Shown piece by piece: positions 12,029-26,278 of a stretch of DNA of 64,000 bases. Numbering within the stretch: position 1 is the stretch's first letter; every line of letters begins with the position of its first letter. Both the position numbers and the translations under genes were made by a program. The notes beneath the pieces were generated by a model, which worked only from the letters and a program-made list of their open reading frames with translations, was not told the DNA's origin and did not search any database. This stretch comes from the human T2T-CHM13v2.0 reference genome, Homo sapiens, in NCBI RefSeq assembly GCF_009914755.1, contig NC_060948.1, one strand, 5' to 3'.

Positions 12029-15000
12029 AGGCCTGGAATAAAGTGGAATGCTACGGTCTCGAATGGAATAAAAATGTATGGAATGGAATGCAATGAAACG
12101 GAATCGAATGTCATAGAATGTAATGGAATGCAAAAAAATGGAATCCAAAATCATTGACTGGAAAGGCTGGGTGTCGAAAGGAATTGACTCCAATGGAATG
12201 GAATCGAATGGAATGGAAGTGAATAGAATCGAACTAAATCGAATGGAATGGAATTGATAGGAACGGAATGGAAAGGAATGCAATGATTTGGCATGGAATG
12301 GAATCGAATGGCATCGAATGGAATGGAATGGAATGCAATGGAATGGAATGTATTAGAATGTAATGAACTTTAATGGAATGTACTCGAATGGATTCGACTG
12401 GAATGGAATGTTCTGGAAGTGAATGGACTCCAATGGAATGGATTCCAAAGGAATGGAATCGTACGGAATGGAATCTAATGGAATGGAATTAAATGGAAAT
12501 GAATCAAATTGAATAGCACGGAATTGAATTGAATGGAATGGAATGCAATGGAATCTAATGAAACGGAAAGGAAAGGAATGGAATGGAATGGAATGGACTG
12601 GAATGGAAAGGAATCGAAACGAATGGAATGGAATCGAACTGAAGAGACTGGAATGGAATGCACTGGAATGGAAGGGAGTGTAATGGAAGGTTCTCGAAAA
12701 AAATGGAATCGAATGGAATGGAATTGAATGGAACGGAATAGAGTCGAATGGAATTGAATGGAATGGAATGGACTAGAGTGAAATGGAATCGAACCACAAG
12801 GAATGGACAGGAATAGAATGGTCTCGAATTGAATGGAATCGTATGGAATGGCATCAAACGGAATGGAATGGACAGCCACGGAATGGAATGCACTCGAATG
12901 CAATGGAGTCGAAACTAATGGACTGGAATAGAATGGACTCGAATGGTACGGACTCCAATGGAATGGAATCGAATGGAAGGGAATCGAACGGAATGGACTC
13001 GAAGGGAAAAGACTGCAATGGAAAGGTCTCGAATGGAATGGAAATTAATGGAATGGAATGGAATCGAATGAAAAGGAGTCAAAAGGAATGGAATCGAATG
13101 GCAAGAAATCGAATGTAATGGAATCGCAAGGAATTGATGTGAACGGAACGGAATGGAATGGAATCCAAAGGAATGGAATAGAATGGAATGGAATCGAATG
13201 GAAAGGACTCGAATGGAAATCACTCGAATAGAATGCAATTTAATAAAATAGGATCAAATGTAATGGAATGGAATGGAAAGGAATCGAAACGAAAGGAATG
13301 GAGACAGATGGAATGGAATGGAACAGAGAGCAATGGTATAGAATGGAATGGAATCATCTGGAATGGAATTGAATGGAATGGAATAATATGAAATGGAATG
13401 GAATGGAATGGAATGGAATGCCCTTGAATTAAATGGACTGGAATGGAATGGACTCGAACAGAGTGGAATGGAAAGTGTTGAGATAGAATGGAATGGACTC
13501 CTTTGGAATGGTGTAGTATGCAATGCAATCGACTGGCAGGGAATCAAAAGGAATGTAATGGAATGGATTGGACTGGAATGCAATGGACTCGAATAGATTG
13601 GAAACGGAATGCAAAGGAATGGAATGGAATAGTATGGAATGGAATGGAAAGGAATGGAGTGGAATAGACTAGAGTGGAATGGAATGGACTGGAAAGCCAT
13701 GGACTGGAATGGAACTTTCTTGAATGGACTGGAATCAAACGGAATGGAATGCAATGCAATCAAATGGCATGGAATAAAATAGAATGAAAGAGAATCAAAT
13801 GGAATTGAATCGAATGGAATCGAATGGATTGGAAAGGAATAGAATGGAATGGAATGGAATGGACTAGAATGGAATGGATTCGAATGGAAGGCAAAGGAAT
13901 GGAATCTATTGGAATGGACTGTAATGGAATGGAATGGAAGGGATTGGAATGGACTCGAATGGAATGGACTGCAATAGAAAGGATTCGAATGGAATGAAAA
14001 AGAATTGAATGGAATAGAACAGAATGGAATCAAATCGAATGAAATGGAATGGAATAGAAAGGAATGGAATGAAATGGAATGGAAAGGATTCGAATGGAAT
14101 GCAATCGAATGGAATGGAATCGAACGGAATGGAATAAAATGGAAGAAAACTGGCAAGAAATGGAATCGAAATGAATGGAGTGTTATGGAACGGACTCAAA
14201 AGGAATTGAATGTAATAGAATGGAGTGGAGTGGACTCGAATATAATGGACTGGAATGGAATGAAATCACATGGAATGGGAACGAATGGAATGGAATGGAA
14301 AGGAATGGAATCGAATGGAAAGGAATCGAATGGAAGGGAATGAAATTGAATCAACAGGAATGGAAGGGAATAGAATAGACGGTAATGGAATGGACTCGAA
14401 TAGAATGGACACGAATGCTGAAATTGAATGGACTCGAATGGAATGGAAACGAAAGGAATGTCATCGAATGGAATTGAATCGATTGGAATGAAATCGCATA
14501 GAATGGAGTGGAATCAAATGGAATTGAATCGAAAGGAAAGGAAGCGAATGGACTGAAATGAAATGGAATGGAATTGAATGGAAAGTAATGCAATGGAATA
14601 GAATGGAACGAAATTTCACGGAATGGAATCAAACTGAATGGAATCAAATCAATGGAATCAAATCAAATGGAATGGAAAGGAATTGAATGGAGTAGATTGG
14701 ATTGGATGGGATTGGAATGAAATGTACTGGAAAGGACTCGAATTTCATGAAACGGAATGGAATGAATTGGAACGGAATGGACTCGAATGGAATGGAATGT
14801 CATGGAATGGCATCAAATGGAATGGCATCAAATGGAATGGAATCGAATGCAATGGAATGCTATGGAATGGAATGGAATGCATTGGAATGGAATGTCCTCT
14901 AATGGAATGGATTCGAGTGGAATGGAATCGAATATAATGGAGTCGAATGAAATGGAATTGAAAGGAGTGGGATCGAATACAATGGAATATACTGGAATGT

Positions 15001-15587
15001 AATGTAATGAACTCGAATGTAATTGACTGGAATGGAATGTACATGAATGGAATGTAATCGAATGGAAAGTAATCCAATGGAATAGAATCTAATGCAATAA
15101 AACCGACTCAGATAGAGTAGAATGTAATGGAATGGAGTGCAGTGCAATGGAATGGAATGGAATGGAATGCAATGGAATGGAATGGAATGGAATGGAATGG
15201 AATGGAATGGAATGGAATGGAATGGGATGGAATGGGATGGAATGGATAGTAATGGACTGGAGTGAAATGGACTGGAAAGGAATGGACTCAAATTGAAAGG
15301 GCTCGAAAGGAATGGAGTCAAATGGAATGGTCTGGAATGGAATGAACACGAATGTAATGCAATCCAATAGAATGGAATCGAATGGCATGGAATATAAAGA
15401 AATGGAATCGAAGAGAATGGAAACAAATGGAATGGAATTGAATGGAATGGAATTGAATGGAATGGGAACGAATGGAGTGAAATTGTATGCAGTAGAAGGG
15501 AATAGAATGGAATGCAAGCGAAAGGAAAGGAATGGATTGGAATGGAATGGAATTCATTGGAATGGAAGGGAATGTAGTGTAATGGAC
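12029..15587 (+). repeat. DYZ1 unit U4 (3559 bp)
   Basis: AGGCCT 12029 to 15588; 15 bp deletion near 13855, +10 tract. Confidence 0.9.
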
Positions 15588-18500
15588 AGGCCTGGAATAA
15601 AGTGGAATGCTACGGTCTCGAATGGAATAAAAATGTATGGAATGGAATGCAAAGAAACGGAATCGAATGTCATAGAATGTAATGGAATGCAAAAAAATGG
15701 AATCCAAAATCATTGACTGGAAAGGCTGGGTGTCGAAAGGAATTGACTCCAATGGAATGGAATCGAATGGAATGGAAGTGAATAGAATCGAACTAAATCG
15801 AATGGAATGGAATTGATAGGAACGGAATGGAAAGGAATGCAATGATTTGGCATGGAATGGAATCGAATGGCATCGAATGGAATGGAATGGAATGCAATGG
15901 AATGGAATGTATTAGAATGTAATGAACTTTAATGGAATGTACTCGAATGGATTCGACTGGAATGGAATGTTCTGGAAGTGAATGGACTCCAATGGAATGG
16001 ATTCCAAAGGAATGGAATCGTACGGAATGGAATCTAATGGAATGGAATTAAATGGAAATGAATCAAATTGAATAGCACGGAATTGAATTGAATGGAATGG
16101 AATGCAATGGAATCTAATGAAACGGAAAGGAAAGGAATGGAATGGAATGGAATGGGCTGGAATGGAAAGGAATCGAAACGAATGGAATGGAATCGAACTG
16201 AAGAGACTGGAATGGAATGCACTGGAATGGAAGGGAGTGTAATGGAAGGTTCTCGAAAAAAATGGAATCGAATGGAATGGAATTGAATGGAACGGAATAG
16301 AGTCGAATGGAATTGAATGGAATGGAATGGACTAGAGTGAAATGGAATCGAACCACAAGGAATGGACAGGAATAGAATGGTCTCGAATTGAATGGAATCG
16401 TATGGAATGGCATCAAACGGAATGGAATGGACAGCCACGGAATGGAATGCACTCGAATGCAATGGAGTCGAAACTAATGGACTGGAATAGAATGGACTCG
16501 ACTGGTACGGACTCCAATGGAATGGAATCGAATGGAAGGGAATCGAACGGAATGGACTCGAAGGGAAAAGACTGCAATGGAAAGGTCTCGAATGGAATGG
16601 AAATTAATGGAATGGAATGGAATCGAATGAAATGGAGTCAAAAGGAATGGAATCGAATGGCAAGAAATCGAATGTAATGGAATCGCAAGGAATTGATGTG
16701 AACGGAACGGAATGGAATGGAATCCAAAGGAATGGAATAGAATGGAATGGAATCGAATGGAAAGGACTCGAATGGAAATCACTCGAATAGAATGCAATTT
16801 AATAAAATAGGATCAAATGTAATGGAATGGAATGGAAAGGAATCGAAACGAAAGGAATGGAGACAGATGGAATGGAATGGAACAGAGAGCAATGGTATAG
16901 AATGGAATGGAATCATCTGGAATGGAATTGAATGGAATGGAATAATATGAAATGGAATGGAATGGAATGGAATGGAATGGAATGCCCTTGAATTAAATGG
17001 ACTGGAATGGAATGGACTCGAACAGAGTGGAATGGAAAGTGTTGAGATAGAATGGAATGGACTCCTTTGGAATGGTGTAGTATGCAATGCAATCGACTGG
17101 CAGGGAATCAAAAGGAATGTAATGGAATGGATTGGACTGGAATGCAATGGACTCGAATAGATTGGAAACGGAATGCAAAGGAATGGAATGGAATAGTATG
17201 GAATGGAATGGAAAGGAATGGAGTGGAATAGACTAGAGTGGAATGGAATGGACTGGAAAGCAATGGACTGGAATGGAACTTTCTTGAATGGACTGGAATC
17301 AAACGGAATGGAATGCAATGCAATCAAATGGCATGGAATAAAATAGAATGAAAGAGAATCAAATGGAATTGAATCGAATGGAATCGAATGGATTGGAAAG
17401 GAATAGAATGGAATGGAATGGAATGGACTAGAATGGAATGGATTCGAATGGAAGGCAAAGGAATGGAATCTATTGGAATGGACTGTAATGGAATGGAATG
17501 GAAGGGATTGGAATGGACTCGAATGGAATGGACTGCAATAGAAAGGATTCGAATGGAATGAAAAAGAATTGAATGGAATAGAACAGAATGGAATGAAATC
17601 GAATGAAATGGAATGGAATAGAAAGGAATGGAATGAAATGGAATGGAAAGGATTCGAATGGAATGCAATCGAATGGAATGGAATCGAACGGAATGGAATA
17701 AAATGGAAGAAAACTGGCAAGAAATGGAATCGAAATGAATGGAGTGTTATGGAACGGACTCAAAAGGAATTGAATGTAATAGAATGGAGTGGAGTGGACT
17801 CGAATATAATGGACTGGAATGGAATGAAATCACATGGAATGGGAACGAATGGAATGGAATGGAAAGGAATGGAATCGAATGGAAAGGAAACGAACGGAAG
17901 GGAATGAAATTGAATCAACAGGAATGGAAGGGAATAGAATAGACGGTAATGGAATGGACTCGAATAGAATGGACACGAATGCTGAAATCGAATGGACTCG
18001 AATGGAATGGAAACGAAAGGAATGTCATCGAATGGAATTGAATCGATTGGAATGAAATCGCATAGAATGGAGTGGAATCAAATGGAATTGAATCGAAAGG
18101 AAAGGAAGCGAATGGACTGAAATGAAATGGAATGGAATTGAATGGAAAGTAATGCAATGGAATAGAATGGAACAAAATTTCACGGAATGGAATCAAACTG
18201 AATGGAATCAAATCAATGGAATCAAATCAAATGGAATGGAAAGGAATTGAATGGAGTAGATTGGATTGGATGGGATTGGAATGAAATGTACTGGAAAGGA
18301 CTCGAATTTCATGAAACGGAATGGAATGAATTGGAACGGAATGGACTCGAATGGAATGGAATGTCATGGAATGGCATCAAATGGAATGGTATCAAATGGA
18401 ATGGAATCGAATGCAATGGAATGCTATGGAATGGAATGGAATGCATTGGAATGGAATGTCCTCTAATGGAATGGATTCGAGTGGAATGGAATCGAATATA

Positions 18501-19131
18501 ATGGAGTCGAATGAAATGGAATTGAAAGGAATGGGATCGAATACAATGGAATATACTGGAATGTAATGTAATGAACTCGAATGTAATTGACTGGAATGGA
18601 ATGTACATGAATGGAATGTAATCGAATGGAAAGTAATCCAATGGAATAGAATCTAATGCAATAAAATCGACTCAGATAGAGTAGAATGTAATGGAATGGA
18701 GTGTAGTGCAATGGAATGGAATGGAATGGAATGCAATTGAATGGAATGGAATGGAATGGAATGGAATGGGATGGAATGGTATGGAATGGATAGTAATGGA
18801 CTGGAGTGAAATGGACTGGAAAGGAATGGACTCAAATTGAAAGGGCTCGAAAGGAATGGAGTCAAATGGAATGGTCTGGAATGGAATGAACACGAATGTA
18901 ATGCAATCCGATAGAATGGAATCGAATGGCATGGAATATAAAGAAATGGAATCGAAGAGAATGGAAACAAATGGAATGGAATTGAATGGAATGGAATTGA
19001 ATGGAATGCGAACGAATGGAGTGAAATTGTATGCAGTAGAAGGGAATAGAATGGAATGCAAGCGAAAGGAAAGGAATGGATTGGAATGGAATGGAATTCA
19101 TTGGAATGGAAGGGAATGTAGTGTAATGGAC
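15588..19131 (+). repeat. DYZ1 unit U5 (3544 bp)
   Basis: AGGCCT 15588 to 19132; same 15 bp deletion as U4 near 17420. Confidence 0.9.
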
Positions 19132-22100
19132 AGGCCTGGAATAAAGTGGAATGCTACGGTCTCGAATGGAATAAAAATGTATGGAATGGAATGCAATGAA
19201 ACGGAATCGAATGTCATAGAATGTAATGGAATGCAAAAAAATGGAATCCAAAATCATTGACTGGAAAGGCTGGGTGTCGAAAGGAATTGACTCCAATGGA
19301 ATGGAATCGAATGGAATGGAAGTGAATAGAATCGAACTAAATCGAATGGAATGGAATTGATAGGAACGGAATGGAAAGGAATGCAATGATTTGGCATGGA
19401 ATGGAATCGAATGGCATCGAATGGAATGGAATGGAATGCAATGGAATGGAATGTATTAGAATGTAATGAACTTTAATGGAATGTACTCGAATGGATTCGA
19501 CTGGAATGGAATGTTCTGGAAGTGAATGGACTCCAATGGAATGGATTCCAAAGGAATGGAATCGTACGGAATGGAATCTAATGGAATGGAATTAAATGGA
19601 AATGAATCAAATTGAATAGCACGGAATTGAATTGAATGGAATGGAATGCAATGGAATCTAATGAAACTGAAAGGAAAGGAATGGAATGGAATGGAATGGG
19701 CTGGAATGGAAAGGAATCGAAATGAATGGAATGGAATCGAACTGAAGAGACTGGAATGGAATGCACTGGAATGGAAGGGAGTGTAATGGAAGGTTCTCGA
19801 AAAAAATGGAATCGAATGGAATGGAATTGAATGGAACGGAATAGAGTCGAATGGAATTGAATGGAATGGAATGGACTAGAGTGAAATGGAATCGAACCAC
19901 AAGGAATGGAGAGGAATAGAATGGTCTCGAATTGAATGGAATCGTATGGAATGGCATCAAACGGAATGGAATGGACAGCCACGGAATGGAATGCACTCGA
20001 ATGCAATGGAGTCGAAACTAATGGACTGGAATAGAATGGACTCGACTGGTACGGACTCCAATGGAATGGAATCGAATGGAAGGGAATCGAACGGAATGGA
20101 CTCGAAGGGAAAAGACTGCAATGGAAAGGTCTCGAATGGAATGGAAATTAATGGAATGGAATGGAATCGAATGAAATGGAGTCAAAAGGAATGGAATCGA
20201 ATGGCAAGAAATCGAATGTAATGGAATCGCAAGGAATTGATGTGAACGGAACGGAATGGAATGGAATCCAAAGGAATGGAATAGAATGGAATGGAATCGA
20301 ATGGAAAGGACTCGAATGGAAATCACTCGAATAGAATGCAATTTAATAAAATAGGATCAAATGTAATGGAATGGAATGGAAAGGAATCGAAACGAAAGGA
20401 ATGGAGACAGATGGAATGGAATGGAACAGAGAGCAATGGTATAGAATGGAATGGAATCATCTGGAATGGAATTGAATGGAATGGAATAATATGAAATGGA
20501 ATGGAATGGAATGGAATGGAATGCCCTTGAATTAAATGGACTGGAATGGAATGGACTCGAACAGAGTGTAATGGAAAGTGTTGAGATAGAATGGAATGGA
20601 CTCCTTTGGAATGGTGTAGTATGCAATGCAATCGACTGGCAGGGAATCAAAAGGAATGTAATGGAATGGATTGGACTGGAATGCAATGGACTCGAATAGA
20701 TTGGAAACGGAATGCAAAGGAATGGAATGGAATAGTATGGAATGGAATGGAAAGGAATGGAGTGGAATAGACTAGAGTGGAATGGAATGGACTGGAAAGC
20801 AATGGACTGGAATGGAACTTTCTTGAATGGACTGGAATCAAACGGAATGGAATGCAATGCAATCAAATGGCATGGAATAAAATAGAATGAAAGAGAATCA
20901 AATGGAATTGAATCGAATGGAATCGAATGGATTGGAAAGGAATAGAATGGAATGGAATGGAATTCACTCAAATGGAATGGACTAGAATGGAATGGATTCG
21001 AATGGAAGGCAAAGGAATGGAATCTATTGGAATGGACTGTAATGGAATGGAATGGAAGGGATTGGAATGGACTCGAATGGAATGGACTGCAATAGAAAGG
21101 ATTCGAATGGAATGAAAAAGAATTGAATGGAATAGAACAGAATGGAATCAAATCGAATGAAATGGAATGGAATAGAAAGGAATGGAATGAAATAGAATGG
21201 AAAGGATTCGAATGGAATGCAATCGAATGGAATGGAATCGAACGGAATGGAATAAAATGGAAGAAAACTGGCAAGAAATGGAATCGAAATGAATGGAGTG
21301 TTATGGAACGGACTCAAAAGGAATTGAATGTAATAGAATGGAGTGGAGTGGACTCGAATATAATGGACTGGAATGGAATGAAATCACAAGGAATGGGAAC
21401 GAATGGAATGGAATGGAAAGGAATGGAATCGAATGGAAAGGAATCGAATGGAAGGGAATGAAATTGAATCAACAGGAATGGAAGGGAATAGAATAGACGG
21501 TAATGGAATGGACTCGAATAGAATGGACACGAATGCTCAAATTGAATGGACTCGAATGGAATGGAAACGAAAGGAATGTCATCGAATGGAATTGAATGGA
21601 TTGGAATGAAATCGCATAGAATGGAGTGGAATCAAATGGAATTGAATCGAAAGGAAAGGAAGCGAATGGACTGAAATGAAATGGAATGGAATTGAATGGA
21701 AAGTAATGCAATGGAATAGAATGGAACGAAATTTCACGGAATGGAATCAAACTGAATGGAATCAAATCAATGGAATCAAATCAAATGGAATGGAAAGGAA
21801 TTGAATGGAGTAGATTGGATTGGATGGGATTGGAATGAAATGTACTGGAAAGGACTCGAATTTCATGAAACGGAATGGAATGAATTGGAACGGAATGGAC
21901 TCGAATGGAATGGAATGTCATGGAATGGCATCAAATGGAATGGCATCAAATGGAATGGAATCGAATGCAATGGAATGCTATGGAATGGAATGGAATGCAT
22001 TGGAATGGAATGTCCTCTAATGGAATGGATTCGAGTGGAATGGAATCGAATATAATGGAGTCGAATGAAATGGAATTGAAAGGAATGGGATCGAATACAA

Positions 22101-22705
22101 TGGAATATACTGGAATGTAATGTAATGAACTCGAATGTAATTGACTGGAATGGAATGTACATGAATGGAATGTAATCGAATGGAAAGTAATCCAATGGAA
22201 TAGAATCTAATGCAATAAAATCGACTCAGATAGAGTAGAATGTAATGGAATGGAGTGCAGTGCAATGGAATGGAATGGAATGCAATGGAATGGAATGGAA
22301 TGGAATGGAATGGAATGGAATGGAATGGAATGGGATGGAATGGGATGGAATGGTATGGAATGGATAGTAATGGACTGGAGTGAAATGGACTGGAAAGGAA
22401 TGGACTCAAATTGAAAGGGCTCGAAAGGAATGGAGTCAAATGGAATGGTCTGGAATGGAATGAACACGAATGTAATGCAATCCAATAGAATGGAATCGAA
22501 TGGCATGGAATATAAAGAAATGGAATCGAAGAGAATGGAAACAAATGGAATGGAATTGAATGGAATGGAATTGAATGGAATGGGAACGAATGGAGTGAAA
22601 TTGTATGCAGTAGAAGGGAATAGAATGGAATGCAAGCGAAAGGAAAGGAATGGATTGGAATGGAATGGAATTCATTGGAATGGAAGGGAATGTAGTGTAA
22701 TGGAC
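19132..22705 (+). repeat. DYZ1 unit U6 (3574 bp)
   Basis: AGGCCT 19132 to 22706; +10 tract; extra GAATTC at 20960. Confidence 0.9.
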
Positions 22706-25700
22706 AGGCCTGGAATAAAGTGGAATGCTACGGTCTCGAATGGAATAAAAATGTATGGAATGGAATGCAATGAAACGGAATCGAATGTCATAGAATGTAA
22801 TGGAATGCAACAAAATGGAATCCAAAATCATTGACTGGAAAGGCTGGGTGTCGAAAGGAATTGACTCCAATGGAATGGAATCGAATGGAATGGAAGTGAA
22901 TAGAATCGAACTAAATCGAATGGAATGGAATTGATAGGAACGGAATGGAAAGGAATGCAATGATTTGGCATGGAATGGAATCGAATGGCATCGAATGGAA
23001 TGGAATGGAATGCAATGGAATGGAATGTATTAGAATGTAATGAACTTTAATGGAATGTACTCGAATGGATTCGACTGGAATGGAATGTTCTGGAAGTGAA
23101 TGGACTCCAATGGAATGGATTCAAAAGGAATGGAATCGTACGGAATGGAATCTAATGGAATGGAATTAAATGGAAATGAATCAAATTGAATAGCACGGAA
23201 TTGAATTGAATGGAATGGAATGCAATGGAATCTAATGAAACGGAAAGGAAAGGAATGGAATGGAATGGAATGGGCTGGAATGGAAAGGAATCGAAACGAA
23301 TGGAATGGAATCGAACTGAAGAGACTGGAATGGAATGCACTGGAATGGAAGGGAGTGTAATGGAAGGTTCTCGAAAAAAATGGAATGGAATGGAATGGAA
23401 TTGAATGGAACGGAATAGAGTCGAATGGAATTGAATGGAATGGAATGGACTAGAGTGAAATGGAATCGAACCACAAGGAATGGACAGGAATAGAATGGTC
23501 TCGAATTGAATGGAATCGTATGGAATGGCATCAAACGGAATGGAATGGACAGCCACGGAATGGAATGCACTCGAATGCAATGGAGTCGAAACTAATGGAC
23601 TGGAATAGAATGGACTCGACTGGTACGGACTCCAATGGAATGGAATCGAATGGAAGGGAATCGAACGGAATGGACTCGAAGGGAAAAGACTGCAATGGAA
23701 AGGTCTCGAATGGAATGGAAATTAATGGAATGGAATGGAATCGAATGAAATGGAGTCAAAAGGAATGGAATCGAATGGCAAGAAATCGAATGTAATGGAA
23801 TCGCAAGGAATTGATGTGAACGGAACGGAATGGAATGGAATCCAAAGGAATGGAACAGAATGGAATGGAATCGAATGGAAAGGACTCGAATGGAAATCAC
23901 TCGAATAGAATGCAATTTAATAAAATAGGATCAAATGTAATGGAATGGAATGGAAAGGAATCGAAACGAAAGGAATGGAGACAGATGGAATGGAATGGAA
24001 CAGAGAGCAATGGTATAGAATGGAATGGAATCATCTGGAATGGAATTGAATGGAATGGAATAATATGAAATGGAATGGAATGGAATGGAATGGAATGCCC
24101 TTGAATTAAATGGACTGGAATGGAATGGACTCGAACAGAGTGGAATGGAAAGTGTTGAGATAGAATGGAATGGACTCCTTTGGAATGGTGTAGTATGCAA
24201 TGCAATCGACTGGCAGGGAATCAAAAGGAATGTAATCGAATGGATTGGACTGGAATGCAATGGACTCGAATAGATTGGAAACGGAATGCAAAGGAATGGA
24301 ATGGAATAGTATGGAATGGAATGGAAAGGAATGGAGTGGAATAGACTAGAGTGGAATGGAATGGACTGGAAAGCAATGGACTGGAATGGAACTTTCTTGA
24401 ATGGACTGGAATCAAACGGAATGGAATGCAATGCAATCAAATGGCATGGAATAAAATAGAATGAAAGAGAATCAAATGGAATTGAATCGAATGGAATCGA
24501 ATGGATTGGAAAGGAATAGAATGGAATGGAATGGAATTCACTCAAATGGAATGGACTAGAATGGAATGGATTCGAATGGAAGGCAAAGGAATGGAATCTA
24601 TTGGAATGGACTGTAATGGAATGGAATGGAAGGGATTGGAATGGACTCGAATGGAATGGACTGCAATAGAAAGGATTCGAATGGAATGAAAAAGAATTGA
24701 ATGGAATAGAACAGAATGGAATCAAATCGAATGAAATGGAATGGAATAGAAAGGAATGGAATGAAATGGAATGGAAAGGATTCGAATGGAATGCAATCGA
24801 ATGGAATGGAATCAAACGGAATGGAATAAAATGGAAGAAAACTGGCAAGAAATGGAATCGAAATGAATGGAGTGTTATGGAACGGACTCAAAAGGAATTG
24901 AATGTAATAGAATGGAGTGGAGTGGACTCGAATATAATGGACTGGAATGGAATGAAATCACATGGAATGGGAACGAATGGAATGGAATGGAAAGGAATGG
25001 AATCGAATGGAAAGGAATCGAATGGAAGGGAATGAAATTGAATCAACAGGAATGGAAGGGAATAGAATAGACGGTAATGGAATGGACTCGAATAGAATGG
25101 ACACGAATGCTCAAATTGAATGGACTCGAATGGAATGGAAACGAAAGGAATGTCATCGAATGGAATTGAATCGATTGGAATGAAATCGCATAGAATGGAG
25201 TGGAATCAAATGGAATTGAATCGAAAGGAAAGGAAGCGAATGGACTGAAATGAAATGGAATGGAATTGAATGGAAAGTAATGCAATGGAATAGAATGGAA
25301 CGAAATTTCACGGAATGGAATCAAACTGAATGGAATCAAATCAATGGAATCTAATCAAAGGAATGGAAAGGAATTGAATGGAGTAGATTGGATTGGATGG
25401 GATTGGAATGAAATGTACTGGAAAGGACTCGAATTTCATGAAACGGAATGGAATGAATTGGAACGGAATGGACTCGAATGGAATGGAATGTCATGGAATG
25501 GCATCAAATGGAATGGCATCAAATGGAATGGAATCGAATGCAATGGAATGCTATGGAATGGAATGGAATGCATTGGAATGGAATGTCCTCTAATGGAATG
25601 GATTCGAGTGGAATGGAATCGAATATAATGGAGTCGAATGAAATGGAATTGAAAGGAATGGGATCGAATTCAATGGAATATACTGCAATGTAATGTAATG

Positions 25701-26278
25701 AACTCGAATGTAATTGACTGGAATGGAATGTACATGAATGGAATGTAATCGAATGGAAAGTTATCCAATGGAATAGAATCTAATGCAATAAAATCGACTC
25801 AGATAGAGTAGAATGTAATGGAATGGAGTGCAGTGCAATGGAATGGAATGGAATGGAATGCAATGGAATGGAATGGAATGGAATGGAATGGAATGGAACG
25901 GAATGGAATGGAATGGGATGGAATGGTATGGAATGGATAGTAATGGACTGGAGTGAAATGGACTGGAAAGGAATGGACTCAAATTGAAAGGGCTCGAAAG
26001 GAATGCAGACAAATGCAATGGTCTGGAATGGAATGAACACGAATGTATTGCAATCCAATAGAATGGAATCGAATGGCATGGAATATAAAGAAATGGAATC
26101 GAAGAGAATGGAAACAAATGGAATGGAATTGAATGGAATGGAATTGAATAGAATGGGAACGAATGGAATGAAATTGTATGCAGTAGAAGAGAATAGAATG
26201 GAATGCAAGCGAAAGGAAAGGAATGGATTGGAATGGAATGGAATTCATTGGAATGCAAGGGAATGTAGTGTAATGGAC
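22706..26278 (+). repeat. DYZ1 unit U7 (3573 bp)
   Basis: AGGCCT 22706 to 26279; 1 bp deletion near 25360; extra GAATTC at 24534 and 25666. Confidence 0.9.
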
